From Gemmatimonadaceae bacterium (GTDB lineage: Bacteria > Gemmatimonadota > Gemmatimonadetes > Gemmatimonadales > Gemmatimonadaceae), in NCBI GenBank assembly GCA_035493635.1, contig DATJHY010000085.1, positions 16,348-80,347 on the forward strand: a stretch of DNA of 64,000 nucleotides. The letters run 5' to 3'. Numbering within the stretch: the first letter of the stretch is position 1; each line of letters begins with the position of its first letter. Shown in pieces: positions 45,609-55,373 of the stretch. The notes below the pieces were generated by a model, which ran no database searches, was not told where the DNA came from, and saw nothing but the letters and a program-made list of their open reading frames with translations. The translations under genes were made by a program, and so were the position numbers.

Positions 45609-45678
45609 TCCGGGCGGCGGGCGACGGGCGACCGAGGGCTGGGTGTCGGGTTATCTTGCGGACGCCCAGCCCTGTCTC

Positions 45679-47274
45679 ATGTCCGACCGCCCCGTCACGT
45701 CGCCATCCGGAATCCCGATCGCCACGGTGTATCGCCCCGACGATGCGCCGGTGGACTACGCGCGCGACCTCGGCGACCCGGGCGCGTTTCCGTTCACGCG
45801 CGGCATTCAGCCGACCATGTACCGCGGCCGTTTGTGGACGATGCGGCAGTACGCGGGATTCGGAACGGCTGCCGAGACGAATCGCCGCTTTCGGTTGTTG
45901 CTCGACGCCGGGCAGACCGGACTGAGCGTCGCCTTCGATTTGCCGACGCAGATGGGGATCGACTCCGATTCGCCGCGCGCGTTGGGCGAGGTCGGACGGG
46001 TTGGCGTCGCGATCGACACGGTCGAGGATATGCACCGTGTCTTCGAGGGCATTCCGCTGGACAAGGTGTCGACGTCGATGACGATCAACGCGACGGCGTC
46101 CACGCTGCTCGCGATGTACATCGTCGTCGCCGAGGAGCGCGGCATCGCGCGCGAGCAGGTGAGCGGGACGATCCAGAACGACATTCTCAAGGAATACATC
46201 GCTCGCGGCACGTACATCTATCCGCCGGAGCCAAGTCTGGCGCTCATCGCCGACGTCTTTCGCTTTTGCGCGGCGGAGGTGCCGAACTGGAATCCGATCT
46301 CGATTTCCGGCTACCACATTCGCGAAGCCGGTGCGACGGCCGTTCAGGAACTGGCATTCACGTTCGCGAACGCCATGGAGTATGTCCGCCGAGCTGTCGA
46401 GTCGGGGCTTCGCATCGACGACTTCGCGCCGCGCCTGTCGTTCTTCTTCGCGGCGCACAACGACCTGTTCGAGGAGGTTGCGAAGTTCCGCGCCGCGCGG
46501 CGTCTGTACGCCCGGCTCATGCGCGACCGCTTCCAGGCCGGGGACGCCAGCGCCCGCCTGCGGTTTCACACACAGACCGGCGGCGTTACGCTCCAGGCGC
46601 AGCAACCGCTCAACAACGTCGTTCGGGTGGCGATGCAGGCGTTGTCGGCCGTGCTCGGCGGCACGCAGTCGCTCCACACCAACGGGTACGATGAAGCGCT
46701 GGCGCTTCCCACTGCCGAAGCGGCCACGCTCGCTCTCCGCACGCAGCAGATCATCGCCAACGAGACGGGCGCCGCGCTCACGGCCGATCCACTCGCCGGC
46801 AGCTATTACGTCGAGCGTTTGACGACGGAGCTCGAGTGTCGCGCGCAGGAGCTGCTGGGCAAGGTCGACGAGCTTGGTGGCGCGGCGCGGGCGATCGAGG
46901 CGTCGTTCTTTCAGGAAGAGATCGCGCGAAGCGCCTATGAGCAGCAGATGCGAGTGGAACGCGGCGAGACCGTGGTCGTGGGCGTCAACAAGTACGCCGA
47001 CGAGGCGCCGCCGCCACTCATTCCAGCGCCGGATTACAGCGCGCTCGCACGAGAACAGACCGCGCGGTTGGCGGAGGTCAAGCGCGCCCGCGACCAGGCA
47101 AAGATGCGGCTCACACTCGACACACTGGGTGAGGCGAGCCGCGAATATGCCGGGACTGGAACGCGGCGTCCGCCGCTCATGGAGCTGATCGTCGATGCGG
47201 TCCGCGCGCGGGCGAGCGTTGGCGAGATCGCCGACACGCTCCGCGACTCGTGGGGCGAGTATCGTCCCGGGTGA
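45679..47274 (+). CDS. Acyl-CoA (methylmalonyl/isobutyryl-CoA type) mutase large subunit, catalytic TIM-barrel only
   Basis: Starts at ATG 45679 in ORF 45643..47274. It has [38 protein letters not shown] and [14 protein letters not shown]. There is no C-terminal B12-binding domain. Confidence 0.88.
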   Translation: MSDRPVTSPSGIPIATVYRPDDAPVDYARDLGDPGAFPFTRGIQPTMYRGRLWTMRQYAGFGTAAETNRRFRLLLDAGQTGLSVAFDLPTQMGIDSDSPRALGEVGRVGVAIDTVEDMHRVFEGIPLDKVSTSMTINATASTLLAMYIVVAEERGIAREQVSGTIQNDILKEYIARGTYIYPPEPSLALIADVFRFCAAEVPNWNPISISGYHIREAGATAVQELAFTFANAMEYVRRAVESGLRIDDFAPRLSFFFAAHNDLFEEVAKFRAARRLYARLMRDRFQAGDASARLRFHTQTGGVTLQAQQPLNNVVRVAMQALSAVLGGTQSLHTNGYDEALALPTAEAATLALRTQQIIANETGAALTADPLAGSYYVERLTTELECRAQELLGKVDELGGAARAIEASFFQEEIARSAYEQQMRVERGETVVVGVNKYADEAPPPLIPAPDYSALAREQTARLAEVKRARDQAKMRLTLDTLGEASREYAGTGTRRPPLMELIVDAVRARASVGEIADTLRDSWGEYRPG

Positions 47275-47347
47275 CCGAGTCACTTGAACGCGGCCCGGAG
47301 CACGCATACCTTAGACGTTCGCGTTCAACCGTCTAAGTATCAGCCAA

Positions 47348-47743
47348 ATGCCGACTTACGAGTATCGCTGTCCTGAGGGTCACAACTTCGAGCGCTTCTA
47401 TCGCAAGATGAGCGATGCGGCGCCCGAGCTTGCTTGCCCGCAGTGCGGAAAGATCGCGGAGCGGCAGCTGACTGGAGGCGCCGGGCTCGTCTTCAAGGGC
47501 TCGGGATTCTATCTCACCGATTACGGCAAGAACGCTCATCGCAAGGGCGAGCCGGCAGCGTCATCTGGCGAGAAAGGCGGCGACACCGGCGGCGAAGGCA
47601 AGGCGGCCGACAAGGCGGCCGACAAGGCGAGCAAGGAGTCGCCGAGTGACGCGAAGCCAGCCGCCAGCAAGTCGACCGAATCATCGGGTGCGAGCGGCGC
47701 TGCGGCCGCGGCCAAGACCACCAAGCGCAAGTCGGACGAGTAA
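47348..47743 (+). CDS. FmdB-family zinc-ribbon protein with low-complexity tail
   Basis: MPTYEYRCPEGHNFE...CPQCG is the CxxC...CxxC zinc ribbon of the FmdB/CxxC_CxxC_SSSS family. The tail is rich in K, A, G and S. Confidence 0.8.
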   Translation: MPTYEYRCPEGHNFERFYRKMSDAAPELACPQCGKIAERQLTGGAGLVFKGSGFYLTDYGKNAHRKGEPAASSGEKGGDTGGEGKAADKAADKASKESPSDAKPAASKSTESSGASGAAAAAKTTKRKSDE

Positions 47744-49386
47744 TGGACGGCACTGACCTGCTGCGCGCCGAGCTTGCGCGCGCCGCGCAATCACTGGGTG
47801 CGCCCGACGACATCGAGCCGCAGATCGAGCGGCCGCGAGATCCGGCGTTCGGCGACTGGGCGACGAACCTGGCGATGGTTCTGGCCAAGCCATTGCGCCG
47901 CAAGCCGCGCGATCTGGCCTCGGCGATCGTCGAGCGATTGGATCACGCGCGTGCCGGGATCAGCGCGGCGGAGATCGCCGGTCCGGGCTTCATCAACTTT
48001 CGGGTGGCCACGGACGTCTTTGCCGAGGCGCTGCGGGCACTGATCGCGGCGGGCGATCAGTATGGCCACTCGAACATCGGGCAGGCCTGTCCGGTGAACG
48101 TGGAGTTCGTGTCGGCCAACCCGACCGGACCGCTGCACGTTGGACACGGACGCCAGGCGGCGATCGGCGACGCGATCGCGTCGCTGCTCGCGGCAACGGG
48201 CTGGCGGGTGACGCGCGAGTTCTACTACAACGATGCCGGCGCGCAGATCATGAACCTGGCGACGAGCGTGCAGGCGCGCGTGCGCCAGCTTGGGGGACGG
48301 GACGTCGCGTTCCCCGAGAGTGGCTATCACGGCGAATACATTCGCGATCTCGCACAACGCTACATCGATGAGCATCCGTCGGATCCGTCGGCCGACGATC
48401 TCGACGCGGTACGTCGTTTTGCCGTTCGCGAGCTGCGCAAGGAGCAGGATCGTGACCTGCAGGCGTTCGGCGTGTCGTTCGACGTGTATTTTCTCGAGAC
48501 GTCGCTGTACAGCGACGGCCGCGTCGACGAGACGGTGAAGCGGCTGATCGGCGCCGGCCACACCTACGAGAAAGACGGCGCGCTCTGGCTCAAAACCACC
48601 GACTTTGGCGACGACAAAGATCGGGTGATGCGAAAGAGCGACGGCAGCTACACGTACTTCGTGCCCGACGTCGCCTACCATGTCACGAAGTGGGAGCGCG
48701 GCTTCGTGCGCGCGATCAACGTGCAGGGCGCCGACCATCACAGCACCGTGACGCGTGTGCGCGTCGGTCTGCAGGCGCTCGATGCCGGCATTCCGGAGGG
48801 GTATCCGGATTACGTGCTGCATCAGATGGTGACGGTGATGCGTGGCGGCGAAGAGGTGAAGATCTCCAAACGCGCCGGCAGCTACGTCACGGTTCGTGAT
48901 CTCATCGACGAAGTCGGCCGCGACGCGGTTCGCTATTTCTTCCTCATGCGGAAGGGCGACTCGCAGCTCGTGTTCGACGTCGATGTCGCGCGCGCGCAAT
49001 CGGACGAGAATCCGGTGTACTACATCCAGATGGCGCACGCGCGCATGTCGGGCATCTTCCGCGTCGGCGAGATCGACCCGGCATCGATCACTGGCAACGA
49101 CGTCGACCTCTCGGTGCTGTCGCTTCCGGAAGAGCAGGAGCTCATCAGGGCGCTGGTCGACTATCCCGCGCTGGTCACCGGGGCGGCGCAGGCGCTCGAG
49201 CCGCATCGCATCGCCACCTACCTGCACGACACGGCGTCCAAGGCTCATCTGTGGTATCACAAGGCGCACGTGCTGAACGAGCCTGAGCCGATCCTCCGGG
49301 CCCGACTCGTACTGGCGCGCGCGTCGCAACTGGTCCTGCGCAATGGCCTCGAGCTACTCGGCATCACGGCACCGGAGCGGATGTGA
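47743..49386 (+). CDS. argS: Arginine--tRNA ligase
   Basis: The ATG shares one base with the preceding TAA. It has the class I HIGH region SANPTGPLHVGHGR and the DALR anticodon-binding end (YLHDTASKAHLWYH). Confidence 0.93.
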   Translation: MDGTDLLRAELARAAQSLGAPDDIEPQIERPRDPAFGDWATNLAMVLAKPLRRKPRDLASAIVERLDHARAGISAAEIAGPGFINFRVATDVFAEALRALIAAGDQYGHSNIGQACPVNVEFVSANPTGPLHVGHGRQAAIGDAIASLLAATGWRVTREFYYNDAGAQIMNLATSVQARVRQLGGRDVAFPESGYHGEYIRDLAQRYIDEHPSDPSADDLDAVRRFAVRELRKEQDRDLQAFGVSFDVYFLETSLYSDGRVDETVKRLIGAGHTYEKDGALWLKTTDFGDDKDRVMRKSDGSYTYFVPDVAYHVTKWERGFVRAINVQGADHHSTVTRVRVGLQALDAGIPEGYPDYVLHQMVTVMRGGEEVKISKRAGSYVTVRDLIDEVGRDAVRYFFLMRKGDSQLVFDVDVARAQSDENPVYYIQMAHARMSGIFRVGEIDPASITGNDVDLSVLSLPEEQELIRALVDYPALVTGAAQALEPHRIATYLHDTASKAHLWYHKAHVLNEPEPILRARLVLARASQLVLRNGLELLGITAPERM

Positions 49387-49387
49387 G

Positions 49388-49536
49388 CTCGAGGGTTGGA
49401 GGATTGGAGGGTTGGAGGGCTGGATGACAGACGGAATCCGAACCGGCGCCCTCGAACCCTCTAACCCTCGAACCTTCGAGCCATCCAGCCCTCGAGCCCT
49501 CTAGCCCTCTAGCCCTCTAGCCCTCTAGTCCTCTAG
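49388..49536. repeat. Inverted array of in-register 8-bp units (5 units YTSGAKGR, 21-nt spacer, 11 tandem units CCCTCKAR)
   Basis: Read directly from the sequence. The left arm is ctcgaggg ttggagga ttggaggg ttggaggg ctggatga (49388-49427). After the spacer come ccctcgaa ccctctaa ccctcgaa ccttcgag ccatccag ccctcgag ccctctag x4 tcctctag (49449-49536). The array is non-coding and ends 3 nt before ATG 49540. Confidence 0.9.
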
Positions 49537-49539
49537 CCC

Positions 49540-50457
49540 ATGTCCGTCCTCGTCGTTGGCTCTGTTGCGCTCGATTCGGTCGAGACGCCGTTCGGGAAGG
49601 CCGATCATGTGCTCGGGGGCTCGGGCACGTTCTTTTCCGCATCGGCGAGCCACCTCGCGCCCGTGCAGCTGGTCGGTGTCATCGGGACCGACTATCCCGT
49701 CGACGACCTGCGTCGCGTGCTCGCCAAGCGGCCCATCGATCTCTCGGGACTCGAGTGCGCCGACGGCGCGTCGTTCCGCTGGCGCGGGCGATACCGGCAC
49801 GACCTCAACATGGCGGAGACTCTCGAGACGCACTTGGGCGTGTTCTCCAACTTCCGGCCCAAGATCCCCGAGGCATTCCGCAGTGCGCCGTTCGTCTTTC
49901 TCGGCAACATCGATCCGCGCTTGCAGCTCGAGGTGCTCGAGCAGGTCGCTAAGCCCAAGCTCGTGGCCTGCGACACGATGAATTTCTGGATCGAGAGCCG
50001 GCGGCCGGACCTGATGGCGCTCCTCGAGCAGGTCGACCTCATCACCCTCAACGACGCCGAAGCGCGGCAGCTCACCGACGAATTCAACCTCGTGCGCGCC
50101 GCGCGCTGGATCATGGCCCACGGCCCGCGGCACGTGGTGATCAAAAAAGGCGAGCACGGCGCGTTCATGTTCACTCACGAGAACATCTTTTTCGCGCCGG
50201 CCTATCCACTGGAGAGTGTCTTCGACCCGACCGGCGCCGGCGACTCGTTCGCCGGCGGATTCATGGGCTATCTGGCGCGGACCGGGGATCTCTCCGAACA
50301 GAACATGCGTCGCGCCGTGGTGTACGGTTCGGCCATGGGCTCCTTTGCCGTGGAGAAATTTTCCATCGACCGACTGCTCGAGATCACGCCCGAGGACATC
50401 CGGCGGCGCGTGGCCGACTTCCACAGGCTCGTGGTCTTCGAGCGGGACATCGAGTGA
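49540..50457 (+). CDS. PfkB-family carbohydrate/nucleoside kinase
   Basis: 305 aa with a ribokinase-like fold. It has the N-terminal VVGSVALD and the C-terminal ATP/anion-hole motif DPTGAGDSFAGGF. Confidence 0.85.
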   Translation: MSVLVVGSVALDSVETPFGKADHVLGGSGTFFSASASHLAPVQLVGVIGTDYPVDDLRRVLAKRPIDLSGLECADGASFRWRGRYRHDLNMAETLETHLGVFSNFRPKIPEAFRSAPFVFLGNIDPRLQLEVLEQVAKPKLVACDTMNFWIESRRPDLMALLEQVDLITLNDAEARQLTDEFNLVRAARWIMAHGPRHVVIKKGEHGAFMFTHENIFFAPAYPLESVFDPTGAGDSFAGGFMGYLARTGDLSEQNMRRAVVYGSAMGSFAVEKFSIDRLLEITPEDIRRRVADFHRLVVFERDIE

Positions 50458-51479
50458 GCGGACAACTCGATTATCGCGCCGCCGGCGTGGACATCGACGC
50501 CGCGGACGACGCGAAGCAGCGCATCAAGGCCCACGTCCTCTCGACGCTCACGGCTGGCGCGCGCGGCGAGTTCGGTGGCTTCGGCGGGATGTTTCGCGTC
50601 CCCACGGACGTGCCCAAGCCGGTGCTCGTCGCCAGTGCGGACGGCGTTGGGACCAAGCTCAAGGTGGCGATCGAAGCCAATCGGCACGACACGGTGGGAC
50701 ACGACCTCGTGAACCATTGCGTCAACGACATTCTCGTGCAGGGCGCGTCGCCGCTCTTCTTTCTCGACTACGTCGCATTTGGACGCCTCGACCCGATCGT
50801 CGCGGAAGGTATCGTGGCCGGAGTCGCGGCCGGTTGCCGCGAGAACGGTTGCGCGCTGCTCGGGGGAGAAACGGCGGAAATGCCCGGCGTCTACACGCCG
50901 CCCGACTACGATCTCGCCGGCTTCATCGTCGGCTACGTCGACGAAGATGCGATCCTTGGTCCCGCGCGCCTACGCGAGGGCGACGTACTGGTCGCGCTGG
51001 AGAGCAGCGGCCTTCACACGAACGGGTTTTCGCTCGCCCGCCGCATCGTGGACGAGCGCATGCAGCTCGACGCCAACGACCGCTTCCCGGGTGATGCGCG
51101 ATCGGTGGCCGACGTGATGCTCGCGGTGCATCGGTCGTATCTCGAATCGCTTCGACCGGTGTTGTCGCGCGTGCACGCGATGGCGCACATCACCGGCGGC
51201 GGCATTCCGGGGAACCTGAACCGCGTCCTTCCGCCGACGCTCGACGCGGTCGTCGACACGTCGACGTGGGAGATTCCGAACCTGTTCCGGCAACTCGCCC
51301 AGGCTGGCAACGTGGATCGCGACGAGATGTTTCGCGCGTTCAACATGGGCGTCGGAATGCTAGTAATCGGCCCTGCTGATGCCGCGCAAGACGTGGTCGA
51401 GGCTGCCGCCGAGTGTGGAGTGAAGGCGTGGCGCGCGGGCGCGGTTCAGCGCGGCTCGGGCCGAGTGATCCTCAACTAG
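50454..51479 (+). CDS. purM: Phosphoribosylformylglycinamidine cyclo-ligase (AIR synthetase)
   Basis: GTGA overlap with the previous gene. It has YRAAGVDIDAADD, SADGVGTKLK, DYVAFG and GGETAEMPG motifs. Confidence 0.93.
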   Translation: MSGQLDYRAAGVDIDAADDAKQRIKAHVLSTLTAGARGEFGGFGGMFRVPTDVPKPVLVASADGVGTKLKVAIEANRHDTVGHDLVNHCVNDILVQGASPLFFLDYVAFGRLDPIVAEGIVAGVAAGCRENGCALLGGETAEMPGVYTPPDYDLAGFIVGYVDEDAILGPARLREGDVLVALESSGLHTNGFSLARRIVDERMQLDANDRFPGDARSVADVMLAVHRSYLESLRPVLSRVHAMAHITGGGIPGNLNRVLPPTLDAVVDTSTWEIPNLFRQLAQAGNVDRDEMFRAFNMGVGMLVIGPADAAQDVVEAAAECGVKAWRAGAVQRGSGRVILN

Positions 51480-51489
51480 GAGTCAGTGG

Positions 51490-52470
51490 ATGAAAGTTCC
51501 ATGTGTCGTTGCCGCTGTGCTGATGGTCGCGGGGAGCGGCTTGCAGGCGCAGGATCTTCCGTCGCCTGTGTGTCCCGGACAATCGCTTCAGGAGCGAGTC
51601 GCGCAGGATGCCTGCCAGCAGGCGTATGACGTGTATCAACTCCTTGCCCCGCAACTGGGCCTGGCGCTCACGGGCGGCAACGCCACGGCGGGGCAGGGCG
51701 GGGTGCTTGGCGGGATCGGGCATTTCTCGGTCGGCGTGCGAGGCAACGTGTTCAGCGGGCTGTTGCCGGACGTGACGAATTTTCAGCAAAGTCTCAATGG
51801 CGCATCGCGAGCCACGCTGCCCACGACCAAGCAGATCGTGGGACTGCCCACGGCCGATGCCGCCATCGGCCTGTTCCGCGGACTCCCGTTGGGGGTGACC
51901 AACATCCTCGGGCTCGACGCGCTGTTCAGCGCGTCATACGTGCCGAAGATCAACGAGAACAGCGTCACGGTCGATCCGCGCACCAGTTTCCAGTTCGGTT
52001 ACGGCGCGCGCGTCGGGCTGCTGTCCGAGTCGATCGTCACGCCGGGTGTATCGTTCAGCTGGATCGAGCGCGATCTTCCGACGACGGATGTCACGGGCAC
52101 CGCGAGCAACGCGACGCTCAGCGTGAGCGGCGCAAAGGTTAAGACGAATGCCTGGCGGATCGTCGCCAGCAAGAGCCTGATCGTGTTCGGCGTCGCTGTT
52201 GGCGGGGGACGCGATCACTACGACCAGTCCGCCACCGTCGCGGGTGTCATCTCGGGCCTCGGCGGCGCGGCGACGACCCTCGCCACGTCCCAGACACTCG
52301 ATCGTACGAACATCTTTGCCGATCTCTCATGGAACCTCCCGCTGTTCAAGATCGTCGGCGAAGTCGGCCAGGCGAGCGGCGGAACCGTTCAGACCTACAA
52401 CTCGTTCGCCGGCGGCCGTGCCGATCGCTCGCAGGTGTACGGTTCGATCGGAATCCGATTGAGCAAATAG
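51490..52470 (+). CDS. Hypothetical secreted/outer-membrane beta-rich protein
   Basis: The signal peptide is VVAAVLMVAGSGLQAQD. The body is glycine-rich with alternating beta-strand-like sequence. No family recognised. It is wedged between purM and ribD with 10-nt and 7-nt gaps. Confidence 0.6.
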   Translation: MKVPCVVAAVLMVAGSGLQAQDLPSPVCPGQSLQERVAQDACQQAYDVYQLLAPQLGLALTGGNATAGQGGVLGGIGHFSVGVRGNVFSGLLPDVTNFQQSLNGASRATLPTTKQIVGLPTADAAIGLFRGLPLGVTNILGLDALFSASYVPKINENSVTVDPRTSFQFGYGARVGLLSESIVTPGVSFSWIERDLPTTDVTGTASNATLSVSGAKVKTNAWRIVASKSLIVFGVAVGGGRDHYDQSATVAGVISGLGGAATTLATSQTLDRTNIFADLSWNLPLFKIVGEVGQASGGTVQTYNSFAGGRADRSQVYGSIGIRLSK

Positions 52471-52477
52471 CGAGTCC

Positions 52478-53593
52478 ATGAGCAACGCCGCGCGCGCGAC
52501 GCAGGTCGACGCGGAGTACATGCGGCGGGCCCTCGCGCTCGCCGCGCGAGGATGGGGACAAACGGCGCCGAACCCGATGGTCGGCGCCGTCGTCGTTGCG
52601 GCCGATGTGGTGGTCGGCGAAGGCTACCACGCCCGCTACGGAGAGTCCCACGCGGAAGTCGTTGCGCTGCGCGCGGCCGGTGACGCGGCGCGCGGCGCGA
52701 CGCTCTACGTCACGCTCGAGCCGTGCGCGCATTTCGGAAAGACTCCGCCGTGCGTGGATGCGATTGTCGACGCCGGCATAGCCCGAGTCGTGGCGGCGGC
52801 GCGCGATCCGAGTGACATCGCGCGCGGCGGGGTCGAGCGGCTTCGCGCCTCCGGTATCGCCGTGGATCTCGGTTCGGAGCGTCATCGTGCGCTCGAGCTC
52901 AACGCACCGTTCTTCAACGCGCACGCCAGCGCGCGACCGTGGGTCACCCTCAAGCTCGCGGTGTCGGCCGATTGGCGCATCGCCGACCCGAGCGGCCTCC
53001 ATCGGTGGATCACTGGGGTCGACTCGCGGCACGAAGTGCACCGGCTCCGTGCCAACAGCGACGCGATCGCGGTCGGTATCGGCACCGTCCTGGCCGATGA
53101 TCCGTCGCTCACGGTGCGCGACGCTCCAGCGCCCCGCGTCGCGCCGCGCCGCGTCGTATTCGACTCGAGCCTCCGCGCTCCGTTCGACTCTGTGCTGGTT
53201 CGAACAGCGCGCGAGATCGAGACGATCCTGATCGCACGCGACGATCCGCCCGGGCCGCGCCGCGATGCGCTGGAAGCCGTTGGCGTGCGCATCATCGGGG
53301 CGTCGAACCTCGGTGGCGCGCTGGCGTCGCTGCGCGCCCTCGGCATCCGGTCGCTCTTCGTGGAAGGCGGGGCTCGGCTGGCGGGGTCGATGCTCGCCGC
53401 GGACCTCGTCGACCGCCTCGTTATCTTTCAATCGCCGACCGAACTCGGCGATACGGCGCTCGGAGCCTTCGATTTTGCGCCGCAGGGTTTTGCCGGAGCA
53501 CTCGCGAGCACCAGGGTCGTGGAGGAGGGCTCCTTCGGACCGGACCGCATGACCGTCTACGCACTGCACGAGGTACCGTGTTCACCGGACTGA
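52478..53593 (+). CDS. ribD: Bifunctional diaminohydroxyphosphoribosylaminopyrimidine deaminase / 5-amino-6-(5-phosphoribosylamino)uracil reductase
   Basis: The deaminase zinc motifs are HAEVVAL and TLEPCAHFGKTPPC. The reductase half has VTLKLAVSAD and LFVEGGARLAGS. Confidence 0.92.
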   Translation: MSNAARATQVDAEYMRRALALAARGWGQTAPNPMVGAVVVAADVVVGEGYHARYGESHAEVVALRAAGDAARGATLYVTLEPCAHFGKTPPCVDAIVDAGIARVVAAARDPSDIARGGVERLRASGIAVDLGSERHRALELNAPFFNAHASARPWVTLKLAVSADWRIADPSGLHRWITGVDSRHEVHRLRANSDAIAVGIGTVLADDPSLTVRDAPAPRVAPRRVVFDSSLRAPFDSVLVRTAREIETILIARDDPPGPRRDALEAVGVRIIGASNLGGALASLRALGIRSLFVEGGARLAGSMLAADLVDRLVIFQSPTELGDTALGAFDFAPQGFAGALASTRVVEEGSFGPDRMTVYALHEVPCSPD

Positions 53594-54186
53594 TCGACGA
53601 CGTTGGCACCATCACGAGCGTTGCCGAAACGCCGGCGGGTCGCGAGCTCCGGATTGCGTGCCGGTACGAGGATCTCAGCGAAGGGGAGAGCATCGCGGTG
53701 AACGGCGCCTGCCTCACCGTGCTTCGATTTGGACCGAAGTGGTTCACCGTGGCGGCTATCGCAACGACCCTCGAGCGCACGACGGTGCGCGGCTGGACGA
53801 CCGGCCGTCGCGTCAACCTGGAGCGCGCGCTGCGAGTGGGCGACCGGCTCGGCGGACACTTCGTCCAGGGCCACGTCGATGGCGTTGCTGGAGTTACGGA
53901 TGTCCGCCAGGAGGGGGACGCCCGCCTCGTCGACCTTGCTCTGCCGGCGGGGCTCGCCGAGCTTATGGTGCAGCACGGGTCAGTCGCCGTGGACGGTGTG
54001 AGCCTCACCGTGAACGACCTTCCGGCGCCGGGAATACTTCAGGTGTCGCTGATTGACTACACGATGCGGCACACGACGTTGGGGACGTTGACCGCCGGCG
54101 ACGAGGTGCATGTCGAGGCCGACATGCTGGGGAAATACGTGCAGCGTTTGCTCAAGGAACCGACATCATGGCATTTGGAACGATAG
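53578..54186 (+). CDS. ribE: Riboflavin synthase (alpha chain)
   Basis: GTG start. The N-terminus is [12 protein letters not shown], and the internal lumazine-binding repeats are [11 protein letters not shown] and [11 protein letters not shown]. Confidence 0.9.
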   Translation: MFTGLIDDVGTITSVAETPAGRELRIACRYEDLSEGESIAVNGACLTVLRFGPKWFTVAAIATTLERTTVRGWTTGRRVNLERALRVGDRLGGHFVQGHVDGVAGVTDVRQEGDARLVDLALPAGLAELMVQHGSVAVDGVSLTVNDLPAPGILQVSLIDYTMRHTTLGTLTAGDEVHVEADMLGKYVQRLLKEPTSWHLER

Positions 54187-55373
54187 AACAGGCGATCGCC
54201 GACATTCGCGCGGGCAAGTTCGTGATCGTCGCCGACGACGAAGATCGCGAGAACGAGGGCGACCTCATTTGCGCCGCCCAGCTCGTGACGCCCGAGATGG
54301 TGAACTTCATGATCCGCAAGGCAGGCGGGCTGATCTGCCTTGCGATGACCGGCGATCGGGTCGATGGGCTCCGGCTTTCGCCGATGGCCGAGGCGAATCC
54401 GGACGAATACCGAACCGCGTACACGGTGAGCATCGATGCGTCGCCGCGGTATGGCGTCACCACCGGCATCAGCGCGCAAGACCGTGCAACGACGATTCGT
54501 GTGGCGGTCGATCCCGCCGCGATTCCCTCGGATCTGCGTCACGGCGGTCACGTCTTCCCGCTGCGCGCGCGTGAGGGAGGCGTCCTGCAGCGCGTCGGCC
54601 ACACGGAGGCCGCGGTCGATCTGGCGCGGCTCGCCGGATTGCTTCCGGCCGGCGTGGTCTGTGAGATCCTGAACGAAGATGGAACGGCGTCTCGCCGGCC
54701 GCAGCTCGAGCGCTTCGCCGAAGAACAGGGCATCGTGTTCGTCACCGTTGCGCAGCTCGTAGCGTACCGTCTCCAGAGCGAGCGGCTCGTTCACCGCGTG
54801 GCCGACGCACGACTGCCAACCGAGCATGGAACGTGGCGCATCGTCGGCTACAAGAACGACGTCGACGCGCACGAGCACGTCGCGCTCGTCTACGGCGACG
54901 TCGCCGGCGGCGAGGATGTACTCGTTCGCATTCACTCGAAGTGCCTGACCGGCGACGTGTTTCACTCGCTGCGCTGCGACTGCGGCTGGCAGCTCGATAA
55001 AGCGATGGAGATGATCGCTGCCGAGGGCCGTGGCGTGATCGTCTATCTCGATCAGGAAGGGCGGGGCATCGGCCTGCTCAACAAGCTCAAGGCGTACGAG
55101 CTTCAGGACCGCGGGGCCGATACGGTCGAAGCGAACGAACAGCTCGGGTTCAAGCCCGATCTGCGCAACTATGGCATCGGAGCGCAGATCCTCCTGGACC
55201 TCGGCCTCAAGTCCATTCGGCCCATCACGAACAACCCGCGCAAAATGGTAGGGCTCGAGGGCTACGGCATTCGGCTCGGCGAGCGCGTGCCGATCGTGCA
55301 GCCGTCGCACGACGAGAACGAGGGCTATCTGCGCACCAAGCGGGACAAGCTCGGACACCTGCTCGCGTCGTAA
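54168..55373 (+). CDS. ribBA: Bifunctional 3,4-dihydroxy-2-butanone-4-phosphate synthase / GTP cyclohydrolase II
   Basis: The DHBP synthase part has [15 protein letters not shown] and [10 protein letters not shown]. The GCH II part has the zinc motif [20 protein letters not shown], plus GRGIGL. Confidence 0.93.
   Translation: MAFGTIEQAIADIRAGKFVIVADDEDRENEGDLICAAQLVTPEMVNFMIRKAGGLICLAMTGDRVDGLRLSPMAEANPDEYRTAYTVSIDASPRYGVTTGISAQDRATTIRVAVDPAAIPSDLRHGGHVFPLRAREGGVLQRVGHTEAAVDLARLAGLLPAGVVCEILNEDGTASRRPQLERFAEEQGIVFVTVAQLVAYRLQSERLVHRVADARLPTEHGTWRIVGYKNDVDAHEHVALVYGDVAGGEDVLVRIHSKCLTGDVFHSLRCDCGWQLDKAMEMIAAEGRGVIVYLDQEGRGIGLLNKLKAYELQDRGADTVEANEQLGFKPDLRNYGIGAQILLDLGLKSIRPITNNPRKMVGLEGYGIRLGERVPIVQPSHDENEGYLRTKRDKLGHLLAS

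Noticed and set aside
45609-45678. A hairpin GGGCTGGG...CCCAGCCC after fbp, considered as a cobalamin riboswitch or terminator ahead of the mutase gene.
   Set aside because: It is an 8-bp stem with a 21-nt loop and no U tract. It is far too small for a B12 aptamer and has no B12-box-like sequence.
49388-49536. The 8-mer array considered as a CRISPR array or as a G-quadruplex element.
   Set aside because: The units are contiguous with no spacers and are far too short for CRISPR repeats. The G-rich arm has only three GGG runs, so at best a weak two-tetrad structure is possible. It is kept as an unexplained repeat instead.
51480-52477. An expected FMN riboswitch upstream of ribD.
   Set aside because: The only non-coding DNA upstream of ribD is 7 nt, and 10 nt upstream of the preceding OMP gene. 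There is no room for a ~130-nt aptamer, so its absence is reported as an observation rather than a feature.
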